Below, in pieces: positions 50,866 through 58,961 of a DNA stretch of 64,000 nucleotides. A program made the position numbers and the translations under genes. The DNA lies in the IMG/VR virus record IMGVR_UViG_3300042301_002170, one strand, 5' to 3'. Each line of letters starts with the position of its first letter. Position 1 is the stretch's first letter. Source of the DNA: a virus. Below the pieces are notes generated by a model. That model saw only the letters and a program-made list of their open reading frames with translations. It made no database searches and was not told where the DNA came from.

Positions 50866-52644
50866 ATGAAAAATTACGGAGAAGAATTAGGATGGGAGGT
50901 CGATGTAGACTTCCCTCAATGGGGGAATAATGAGATATATGTAAAAACTATATCCAAAGACTACTTGCAATCAGGTGAAAAACCAAAGGATGCATATTGG
51001 AGAGTTGCAACAACGGTTGCAAAAAGATTAGGTAAACCAGAGATGGCAACCAAGTTCTTTGATTATATTTGGAAAGGGTGGCTATGTTTGGCAACTCCTG
51101 TTATTTCAAATACAGGAACTGATAGAGGTTTACCAATCTCTTGTTTTGGTATTGATGTAGGTGATAGTATCTATGAAATTGGTTCAAAGAATTTAGAACT
51201 AATGTTGTTAGCAAAGCATGGTGGTGGTGTTGGTATTGGTATAAACCAAATCAGACCAGCAGGAGCAAAAATTACGGGTAATGGTACATCCGATGGTGTA
51301 GTTCCATTCTGTAAGATTTACGATTCAACTATACTTGCAACAAATCAAGGTTCAGTTCGTAGAGGTGCAGCATCTGTAAATATGAACATTGAACACAAAG
51401 ATTTTGAAGATTGGTTAGAGATTAGAGAACCTAAAGGTGATGTAAATCGTCAATCTCTTAACTTACATCAATGTGCAGTTGTTGGAGATAAGTTTATGAG
51501 AAAGTTAAACGAAGGTAATCCGGAAGCAAGAAGAAAGTGGGCAAAACTTTTACAAAAAAGAAAAGCAACCGGTGAACCTTATATCTTATTCAAAGGTAAT
51601 GTTAATAAACAAAACCCTGAAATGTATAAGAAGAACGGATTAAAAGTTCATATGACTAACATTTGTTCTGAAATCGTTTTACACACAGATGAATCACATT
51701 CGTTTGTATGTTGTTTATCATCATTGAATCTTGCTAAATACGATGAGTGGAGAGATACCGATTTAGTATATACTGCTACGGTCTTTTTAGATGGCGTATT
51801 AGAGGAGTTCATACAGAGAGCTAAGGGATTGACTGGATTTGAAAATTCAGTTCGTTCAGCATCAAAAGGAAGAGCATTAGGATTGGGAGTTTTAGGGTGG
51901 CATACCTACCTACAACAAAAAGGTATTCCGTTTGAAGGATTGCATGCACAATTTGAAACTCGTAAGATATTCTCTCAAATTAAGATTGAATCTGAAAGAG
52001 CAAGTAGAGATATGGCATCCGAATATGGAGAACCACTATGGTGTAGAGATACAGGTTTCAGAAACACACACCTAAGAGCAGTAGCACCTACACAATCAAA
52101 CTCTAAGTTGAGTGGAAATGTAAGTAGTGGTATTGAACCTTGGAAAGCAAATGTATTTACAGAGCAAACTGCAAAGGGAACATTCATTCGTAAAAATTAT
52201 GAATTGGAAAAAACTTTAAAGAAGATTGGTAAAAACACCAAAGAAGTTTGGGACCAGATTTTATCAGATGAAGGTTCTGTATTAGGTTTAGACTTTTTAG
52301 ATGATTATTGTTTTGTAGATGGTAAGGTAGTTAAATGTGTAGAAATATCAGAAACAGATAAACTAAAAGCATATTCTGTTAAAGATGTATTTAGAACATT
52401 TAAGGAAATCAACCAATTGGATTTGGTAAGACAAGCGGGTGTAAGACAACAATACATAGACCAATCGGTTTCATTGAACTTAGCATTCCCAAAATCTGCA
52501 GAACCAAAATGGATTAATCAAGTAACTATGGAAGCATGGAAGCAAGGGGTTAAAACACTCTACTATTTAAGAAGTGAATCCGTATTAAGAGGAGATATTG
52601 CTGCAAGAGCAATGGATGAGAATTGTGTTAGTTGTGAAGGTTAA
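50866..52644 (+). CDS. nrdA: Ribonucleotide reductase class Ia alpha subunit (no ATP cone)
   Basis: ATPV.SN, ISC, GGGVG, TNICSEI, CCLSSLNL, RALGLG, APTQSNS, YIDQSVSLN, C-terminal CVSCEG. Confidence 0.95.
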   Translation: MKNYGEELGWEVDVDFPQWGNNEIYVKTISKDYLQSGEKPKDAYWRVATTVAKRLGKPEMATKFFDYIWKGWLCLATPVISNTGTDRGLPISCFGIDVGDSIYEIGSKNLELMLLAKHGGGVGIGINQIRPAGAKITGNGTSDGVVPFCKIYDSTILATNQGSVRRGAASVNMNIEHKDFEDWLEIREPKGDVNRQSLNLHQCAVVGDKFMRKLNEGNPEARRKWAKLLQKRKATGEPYILFKGNVNKQNPEMYKKNGLKVHMTNICSEIVLHTDESHSFVCCLSSLNLAKYDEWRDTDLVYTATVFLDGVLEEFIQRAKGLTGFENSVRSASKGRALGLGVLGWHTYLQQKGIPFEGLHAQFETRKIFSQIKIESERASRDMASEYGEPLWCRDTGFRNTHLRAVAPTQSNSKLSGNVSSGIEPWKANVFTEQTAKGTFIRKNYELEKTLKKIGKNTKEVWDQILSDEGSVLGLDFLDDYCFVDGKVVKCVEISETDKLKAYSVKDVFRTFKEINQLDLVRQAGVRQQYIDQSVSLNLAFPKSAEPKWINQVTMEAWKQGVKTLYYLRSESVLRGDIAARAMDENCVSCEG

Positions 52645-52658
52645 TAAACAAATAATTT

Positions 52659-53381
52659 ATGGGTGAGAACTTATCTAATAAAAACAAAGAGTTGACAGAA
52701 AAAATAAAAGAAGAATTAATTGATAAACCAAAAGGACCAATTAAATTTCAGGTTCAGTTAAACGATGAACAAAAAGAAGCAAAGGAAAAAATCCTAAACA
52801 ACGCAATTACAATATTAAGTGGCAAAGCAGGTAGTGGTAAAACACTACTTGCCTGCCAAGTAGCATTAGATATGTTGTTTAAGAAAACCGTAACCAAAAT
52901 CATCATCACTCGTCCTACTGTAAGTAAAGAAGAGATTGGTTTTTTACCAGGTGATTTAAGAGAGAAGATGGAACCCTGGATGCAACCTGTTTATTCAAAC
53001 TTTTATCAATTATATAACAAAGAAAAGATTGATAAGATTTTACAAAACGGACAAGTAGAAATTGTACCTTTGGCATTTATGAGAGGTAGAACTTTTTTGG
53101 ATTCATTTATTATTGTAGATGAAGCACAGAATTGTACAAACGACCAGATGGAAATGATTACATCTCGTTTAGGATTAAGAAGTAAAATGGTTGTATGTGG
53201 TGATTCACAACAAGTAGATTTAAAGTATAAAGGAGAAAGTGGATTTAAGTTTTTAGTTACTGCAGCAAAGAAGATTAAAGATATGGATTCTCAAACTCTA
53301 TTAGTAAATCACAGACATCCAGTAGTAGATGCATTATTAGATGCATATGATGAATTTAAAGAAAAACAAAATAAAATATGA
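52659..53381 (+). CDS. phoH: PhoH-like ATPase
   Basis: GKAGSGKT, TRP, IGFLPG, PLAFMRGRTF, IVDEAQN, GDSQQVD, HRHP.V. Confidence 0.93.
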   Translation: MGENLSNKNKELTEKIKEELIDKPKGPIKFQVQLNDEQKEAKEKILNNAITILSGKAGSGKTLLACQVALDMLFKKTVTKIIITRPTVSKEEIGFLPGDLREKMEPWMQPVYSNFYQLYNKEKIDKILQNGQVEIVPLAFMRGRTFLDSFIIVDEAQNCTNDQMEMITSRLGLRSKMVVCGDSQQVDLKYKGESGFKFLVTAAKKIKDMDSQTLLVNHRHPVVDALLDAYDEFKEKQNKI

Positions 53382-53650
53382 TAACTGTAAAGAAATTTTC
53401 CGCATCATGGTGTGGACCGTGTAGAACTTTGAAACCAATCTTTGAAGAAGTAAGAAATGGTTATGGTAGTAACATTGTTAAATTTGAAGAATACGATGTT
53501 GATGAATCATCCGATGTTGCATCTAAATATAATATTCGTTCAGTACCAACTGTTATTGTTGAAAAGAATGGTAAAGAGGTAGGTAGATTTGCAGGTGTTC
53601 AATCTAAAATCGCCTATGTTAATTTAATAAACGAACAAATATTGAAATAA
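53378..53650 (+). CDS. trxA: Thioredoxin
   Basis: FSASWCGPCR, YNIRSVPT. Confidence 0.93.
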   Translation: MITVKKFSASWCGPCRTLKPIFEEVRNGYGSNIVKFEEYDVDESSDVASKYNIRSVPTVIVEKNGKEVGRFAGVQSKIAYVNLINEQILK

Positions 53651-53651
53651 G

Positions 53652-53683
53652 CTTGTTTTATTCAATTTTTTTTCGTAAATTTG
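53652..53683 (+). promoter_or_regulatory. Bacteroidota-type promoter
   Basis: CTTG-N20-TAAATTTG; ATG at 53687. Confidence 0.7.
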
Positions 53684-53686
53684 GTT

Positions 53687-54451
53687 ATGTATAAACATTT
53701 AGATTTTCATTTAGAAAGATATAACTATGAGGTGAATTTACCACCTATCGTAGTTCAAACCATCGGAGGTATAAAGGTTGTTAGAGATGACCTTTTACCT
53801 GGCGGTACAAAACGTAGATTCGCATATGCATATATGTTGGCATACCCACAGGTAGAGCAATGGATTTATGCATCACCAAGACAAGGATACGGACAAGTTG
53901 CATTAGCATATGCTTGTAGAGATTTAGGAAAAAAAGCAATAGTGTATGTTCCACAAGGTCAGAGAACCGAACTTACATTAGAAGCTGAAATGGTGGGTGC
54001 AGAAATCAACGAAGTTCCTATGGGATACTTAACTAACTTAAACCGAAAGGCAAAAGATAGACAAGGAAACGGATGGGATAAGATTAAATTAGTTCCATTC
54101 GGATTTGATGACCCAATCATTCTAAACACAATTGTAGAAACGGCAAGAAAACTACCATTCACACCAAAAGAAGTTTGGAGTGTAATGAGTTCTGGAACTT
54201 TGAGTAGAGGTTTGCAGTTAGCATGGCCTGATGCAAAAGTATATGGGGTTCAGATTGGACACAACACATCAATAGTTCAGCAAGGTAGAGCAATCACAAT
54301 ACCAAAAAGAATGCCCTTCCACAAAGATTGTAAATTGGAAGATAGACCTCCATTCCCATCATCACTAACATATGATAGTAAAGCATGGAAACATATTCAG
54401 GAGATGGCAACAATTAGTGAAGATACTTTATTTTGGAATGTTGGAAAATAA
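53687..54451 (+). CDS. Fold-type II PLP-dependent enzyme (ACC deaminase / D-cysteine desulfhydrase-like)
   Basis: VVRDDLLPGGTKRR (Schiff-base Lys position), GYGQVALAYACRDLG, GAEI..V, phosphate loop VMSSGTLSRG. Confidence 0.75.
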   Translation: MYKHLDFHLERYNYEVNLPPIVVQTIGGIKVVRDDLLPGGTKRRFAYAYMLAYPQVEQWIYASPRQGYGQVALAYACRDLGKKAIVYVPQGQRTELTLEAEMVGAEINEVPMGYLTNLNRKAKDRQGNGWDKIKLVPFGFDDPIILNTIVETARKLPFTPKEVWSVMSSGTLSRGLQLAWPDAKVYGVQIGHNTSIVQQGRAITIPKRMPFHKDCKLEDRPPFPSSLTYDSKAWKHIQEMATISEDTLFWNVGK

Positions 54452-54456
54452 ATGAG

Positions 54457-54486
54457 AAAATGCTTGGAAATACCAAGCATTTTTTG
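54457..54486 (+). terminator. Intrinsic terminator overlapping a promoter
   Basis: AAAATGCTTGG-AAATA-CCAAGCATTTT followed by Ts. Confidence 0.7.
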
Positions 54487-54494
54487 TATATTAG
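54463..54494 (+). promoter_or_regulatory. Bacteroidota-type promoter (variant)
   Basis: CTTG-N20-TATATTAG. Confidence 0.55.
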
Positions 54495-54541
54495 TATTAT
54501 AAAACAAACCGTTGCCGGACCGTACACCGGTATTAAAAGTT

Positions 54542-54895
54542 ATGAAAACATTTTTCAAAGAAACTCCAAAAGGAGCATTAGTAGAATCTACATTAATTGG
54601 ACGTAATCCAAATAGACCAGATGAATCCGTTTGGGTTAGATTTAAAAAAGAAACATCAGGAAGATATACTGTTGAAATACATTCAAATAGTAAAGATTCC
54701 GACCAACCTTGGAATAAAGAAAATAAACCGTGGAACAATACACAATTAATTGCAGCTAAATTATATGCAATAGATGTAACTCCTGAAAGTGTATTTCGAA
54801 CTAAATCATCTTTTAATTCAAATTCAATAGATGATGCATTAAAATCCAAAGATAAACTAACTCAATTTGCTAAAAAATTGACTCAATTATTTTAA
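54542..54895 (+). CDS. Hypothetical protein
   Basis: ATG at 54542, downstream of its own promoter; no recognised motif. Confidence 0.6.
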   Translation: MKTFFKETPKGALVESTLIGRNPNRPDESVWVRFKKETSGRYTVEIHSNSKDSDQPWNKENKPWNNTQLIAAKLYAIDVTPESVFRTKSSFNSNSIDDALKSKDKLTQFAKKLTQLF

Positions 54896-54905
54896 AATAC
54901 ATAAT

Positions 54906-55418
54906 ATGAAAAGCAGAGAAGAAGTAGAAAAGTGGATGCGAAATGAAGTTTCTAATCCTATAATTGGTGATTTAATTATGAGAATGACGGAAGATGGATT
55001 ACCGATGGATGAAATTTTAGAAATGATAAAACCATTAGTAGATAATACACCAAATGTAGAAAGAAAATTGGTAGAAGATTATATGAAAAAAGAAAGAATT
55101 GAAGATGGGGATGTTATAACATCTAAAATAGAAGAGTTTGCAAACATCGCAGAACTTAATGGTTTTGAAACAATATTTTCCGTATATGAAGTTAATAATA
55201 TAAATGAACTATCTGGCATTACTGCCGATTATATTACAAACGGATTAGATGCTACTCAAATCGAATTGGAAAATAAAGAATTGACTTGGTTAGAGTTATG
55301 GGCAGCTGCCGATAATTTATACAAAAAGATTGGAGATACGGAACATTTGTTTGTAGAAAGTTTTGATGTTATTCAGAATGGAGATAAAACAGAAGTTCAG
55401 GTATTCTTTGGAAGTTAA
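54906..55418 (+). CDS. Hypothetical acidic protein
   Basis: Clean ORF; C-terminal TWLELWAAADNL....GD.EH.F.E.F. Confidence 0.6.
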   Translation: MKSREEVEKWMRNEVSNPIIGDLIMRMTEDGLPMDEILEMIKPLVDNTPNVERKLVEDYMKKERIEDGDVITSKIEEFANIAELNGFETIFSVYEVNNINELSGITADYITNGLDATQIELENKELTWLELWAAADNLYKKIGDTEHLFVESFDVIQNGDKTEVQVFFGS

Positions 55419-55437
55419 AAATAAATAAAACAAAATG

Positions 55438-55469
55438 ATTGATAATACCAAATATATTTCGTATATTTG
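55438..55469 (+). promoter_or_regulatory. Bacteroidota-type promoter
   Basis: ATTG-N20-TATATTTG, with the same TATATTTGTATTAATGAA string as the promoter at 43862. Confidence 0.75.
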
Positions 55470-55474
55470 TATTA

Positions 55475-55537
55475 ATGAACCAGTGGAGCAGAACCCACTT
55501 TAAAAAACGAAACGTTTATAACAACGCTATTATTTAA
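55475..55537 (+). CDS. Putative leaderless leader peptide (uORF, 20 aa)
   Basis: MNQWSRTHFKKRNVYNNAII-stop. ATG lies 5 nt after the -7 box, as for the apparently leaderless genes at 40016 and 43875. Confidence 0.45.
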   Translation: MNQWSRTHFKKRNVYNNAII

Positions 55538-55593
55538 TAACTTCATAAACATATAAATTGAAGTTAAAAATGTAGCATAAAACACAAACAATT

Positions 55594-56940
55594 ATGAGTA
55601 ATTTTATTGATGGCTTAGTAGCCGCAGAAATCGAGCACGCGAATCAGACTCGCGATTTACAAATCAACGCACGAGCAAACGAAACAAGACGTGAGCATGG
55701 GGCAACATTTGAAAAGTATGTAGACACTTTATTAGTTAAAAGTGGTTTAGGATGTCAAAGAACACGTGTTAAGACATCGGATGGTGAGAAGATTAGTGAC
55801 CATACGTTTAATAATGTTTGGATGGAATCCACTACATTTTTTGATAAGAAACGTGTAAACGAATTCATTCTCAAGAAAAGAGTAATTGAAGAAGCAACTG
55901 CTGATTTTACAAAATTCTTTTTGTTTTATGAGAGAAACATTACTAAATTAACAGAAGGTCTTGTAGAGAAGTTGGTAAATGCTGGATGGGTAGTGTTATG
56001 TGGTAAGAATAAAATTGAAACATTTATTAGTGCATATGGGAAGCATGCATCAAATGTTACAAATGATGTTATTCAGGTCGCGAAACCACAGTTAATTGAT
56101 ATAGATTTATTAATTAAAAACCCATTTAATAGAGAACAAAATAGTAAGGGTGTAGAATCTATTGCAAAATCAATTATAAATGAAGGATTTTTAACTTGTT
56201 TATATGTTGTTCCACGAAAAGATAAAAATGGTAAGATAACAGGATATATGTTATTTGAAGGTCATCATAGATTAAGTGCAGCGATACAGGTGAGGTCTTG
56301 GGGGTTTTCATTAAATCAATTACCATGTGTAGTTGTTGATTGGTTATCTACCGATAATATGGAAAAATTATCAAGATTGTTAATTAAAATAAACGTAGAA
56401 TACAGAAGTTGGAAATTGGGTGATTATATTAAACACCATTTTGATGTTGCAGAACTTTTAATCAAAGATAAGAACACTGCTTCAACTATTGTTAAAAAAC
56501 AATACTCATATCAAACATTATTAAATTGGATGAAAATTGGTAAGCAATATGGATTTGGTGATAATGGGTTAATTTATATATTAGGACCTTTAACTGGTAG
56601 TGATAGGTGGTTAGACCAGGATTTGATTAGAGGTGGTGATTATATCGTAGAACAATCGGAAGTTGAAAATTATGCAACTCCATTTTTTGATGTAATGAAA
56701 AATTTTATATCAAAGGCAAAACAAAATGCTGAATATAGAAAAGATGTATATCAATTATTCTGTTGTGAATTATATGAAAAGTTAAAAGATGGTACAGTAT
56801 CGTTGGATGAAATAAACAATTATTTTTTAGCATATAATATGTTGGATTCTACCGAAGTTCCTAATAAAAAATCCGATGTTAAAAACATATACCAAAAATT
56901 GGATGATAATATTAAACATTTCAAAAACGGATTTAAATAA
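55594..56940 (+). CDS. PD-(D/E)xK-like N-terminus fused to a ParB/sulfiredoxin-like domain
   Basis: GATFEKYV...ISDH....VWMEST, then IDIDLL..NPFNR...IAKSI..EGFL..L.V...LFEGHHRL.AA. Confidence 0.65.
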   Translation: MSNFIDGLVAAEIEHANQTRDLQINARANETRREHGATFEKYVDTLLVKSGLGCQRTRVKTSDGEKISDHTFNNVWMESTTFFDKKRVNEFILKKRVIEEATADFTKFFLFYERNITKLTEGLVEKLVNAGWVVLCGKNKIETFISAYGKHASNVTNDVIQVAKPQLIDIDLLIKNPFNREQNSKGVESIAKSIINEGFLTCLYVVPRKDKNGKITGYMLFEGHHRLSAAIQVRSWGFSLNQLPCVVVDWLSTDNMEKLSRLLIKINVEYRSWKLGDYIKHHFDVAELLIKDKNTASTIVKKQYSYQTLLNWMKIGKQYGFGDNGLIYILGPLTGSDRWLDQDLIRGGDYIVEQSEVENYATPFFDVMKNFISKAKQNAEYRKDVYQLFCCELYEKLKDGTVSLDEINNYFLAYNMLDSTEVPNKKSDVKNIYQKLDDNIKHFKNGFK

Positions 56941-56946
56941 CAATAA

Positions 56947-58176
56947 ATGTATATAAAATACTTTGATAAGTTTAAAAATATGACTCCATATCTTCACATC
57001 AATAGTGAAGAGTGGAGTTATATTAAAACAACATTTGATAGAGATGATGTAAAAGACTCTCTTGCACAGATATGTATGGAGTATGAACTTCCGTATGCAG
57101 AAATATCAGAAACCGAAGCTAGAAAGGAATATCTTGCTCTCAAAGGAACTCGTTACAACGAACTACTTAAAGAGGGTGAGTGGTTTCCTCGTAAAGCATC
57201 GGAAAGTAAGTATCCTTTAACATTCAGAGGTAAACAACAATTCGTAAGAAGGTTGAATACTGGCAACTCTTCATCCAATTACTTCCAACAAGCAAATCGT
57301 TGGAGTGTAGATGGTACAGTTTCACCAGGACCTCATAGAACTTGGAATAGTAAGGATTTTATGACGAGTTTAATGGGTGGATTATACACTCTTAAATTTG
57401 ATGAAGTGGGAAGGAACGAACTAAGAGTTTGTTTGAGTTTAAGAAAGTACATTTGCTCACAATTCAAACCTAATGTTGCCAAAGCACTCTACGATATGGT
57501 AGGTGCAAAGAATGTGTTAGACATTTCGGCAGGGTGGGGAGATAGATTATGTGGTTTTATGGCGAGTGAAAAAGGAGAGCATTACGTGGGAATTGACCCG
57601 AGAAAAGAAAATCATCCAATTTATGAACAACAAGCAGAATTCTACAAAAAACACAACGGTTTTTTCGAAACGGATAAAAAAACTACATTCCATTGCTCAC
57701 CAGCGGAAGACATGGATTATAGTGATTACACCGATTATTTTGATATTGTTTTCAGCTCACCCCCGTATTTCAATGTTGAACGATATTCTTACGATGATAC
57801 CCAGAGTTGGGTTAGATACAACAACATTGATGCGTGGAATAAGTTATTCCTACACAAGACAATTGAAAAGGTTTGGCCAACTATTCGGAAGGGAGGATAC
57901 CTAGCAATCAATATCGCAGATGTGTACGCAGCATCTAAAGGAGATGGTAAAGGATACCAAGAGATTACAAACCCTATGAACGATTATATTAAATCAATAG
58001 GAGGAGAATATGAAGGTTGCTTGGGCATGGAAATGGCCAAGAGACCGGGCAGCGCGGGAGCAGGTGCAATTATAGACGGTGATGAAGGTAGATATACCGA
58101 AGAATCATTAAGAAAAGCAGAAGAGGTTAAAAATAAAACATTCTGTGAGCCAGTTTGGGTATGGAAAAAACCATAA
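56947..58176 (+). CDS. SAM-dependent DNA amino-methyltransferase (N4-C or N6-A)
   Basis: QFKPNVAK, motif I VLDISAGWGDRL, YVGIDP, motif IV FSSPPYFNVERY, GGYLAINIAD. Confidence 0.8.
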   Translation: MYIKYFDKFKNMTPYLHINSEEWSYIKTTFDRDDVKDSLAQICMEYELPYAEISETEARKEYLALKGTRYNELLKEGEWFPRKASESKYPLTFRGKQQFVRRLNTGNSSSNYFQQANRWSVDGTVSPGPHRTWNSKDFMTSLMGGLYTLKFDEVGRNELRVCLSLRKYICSQFKPNVAKALYDMVGAKNVLDISAGWGDRLCGFMASEKGEHYVGIDPRKENHPIYEQQAEFYKKHNGFFETDKKTTFHCSPAEDMDYSDYTDYFDIVFSSPPYFNVERYSYDDTQSWVRYNNIDAWNKLFLHKTIEKVWPTIRKGGYLAINIADVYAASKGDGKGYQEITNPMNDYIKSIGGEYEGCLGMEMAKRPGSAGAGAIIDGDEGRYTEESLRKAEEVKNKTFCEPVWVWKKP

Positions 58177-58179
58177 ACA

Positions 58180-58211
58180 TTTGGAAATATCAAAAAATTA
58201 TAGTATCTTTG
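58180..58211 (+). promoter_or_regulatory. Bacteroidota-type promoter
   Basis: TTTG-N20-TATCTTTG. Confidence 0.8.
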
Positions 58212-58240
58212 TAAAACAAATAAATTAAAATAAAGTAAGT

Positions 58241-58960
58241 ATGAACAAAACAAGAATTACACGATTCATCCAAAAGTATAATTTGGCAGGATTAGTAGAA
58301 TCAGTTGCATGGAAAGCAGCAGATGGCAAATTGGTTACCCGTTTTATCTCTGATGATAAAACAGTATTAGGTGAAATCCAATTAGATAATTTTACATTTA
58401 ATGCACCGGAGTTGGGAGTATATACAACATCCACATTAAATAAATTATTATCAGTAGTTGGAGAAGATGTTGAATTAGAAGTTCAGGAGCAAAACGGAAA
58501 TGCAGTTAATTTATTCATTAAGAGCGAAGGAACAAAAGCACAATTCCAATTAGCAGATTTGGCAGTTATTCCAACTGTACCTGATTTGAAATCATTACCT
58601 GACTTTGATGTTAAGATTGAATTCGATGGTAAGTTTATTGACAAATTTATCAAAGGTAAAAATGCATTATCTGATGTAGATACTTTTACAGTATTAAGTG
58701 AGGGTGGTGAATTAAAAATTGTATTGGGTTATTCAAATGTAAATTCAAACCGAATTGCATTCTCTGCTGAAAAGGATTATACAGGAACTGTTAAACCTAT
58801 TTCATTCTCTGCAAAGTATCTTAAAGAAATCTTCTCAGCAAACAAAGAAGCAAACGCAGTTACATTAAATGTATCAACATCTGGTCTTGCTCACGTTGAG
58901 TTTAAGATTGATGACTTTACTGCAAAATATTATTTAGTAGAAGTTCAACTAACTACCTAG
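58241..58960 (+). CDS. DNA polymerase sliding clamp (gp45/PCNA-like)
   Basis: 239 aa, alternating beta/alpha pattern, FSAKYL, SGLAHVEF and KYYLV C-terminus; near PolB and the clamp loader. Confidence 0.7.
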   Translation: MNKTRITRFIQKYNLAGLVESVAWKAADGKLVTRFISDDKTVLGEIQLDNFTFNAPELGVYTTSTLNKLLSVVGEDVELEVQEQNGNAVNLFIKSEGTKAQFQLADLAVIPTVPDLKSLPDFDVKIEFDGKFIDKFIKGKNALSDVDTFTVLSEGGELKIVLGYSNVNSNRIAFSAEKDYTGTVKPISFSAKYLKEIFSANKEANAVTLNVSTSGLAHVEFKIDDFTAKYYLVEVQLTT

Positions 58961-58961
58961 A

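Noticed and set aside
54397-54849. 150 aa minus-strand ORF
   Set aside because: It is antisense to the 54542 gene, which has its own promoter and fits the uniform + strand organisation.
55526-55585. SAM-II/SAM-V riboswitch, suggested by AAATGTAGC upstream of methyltransferases
   Set aside because: The required pseudoknot partners are not evident; the segment pairs better as a simple nested hairpin. An Rfam search would settle it.
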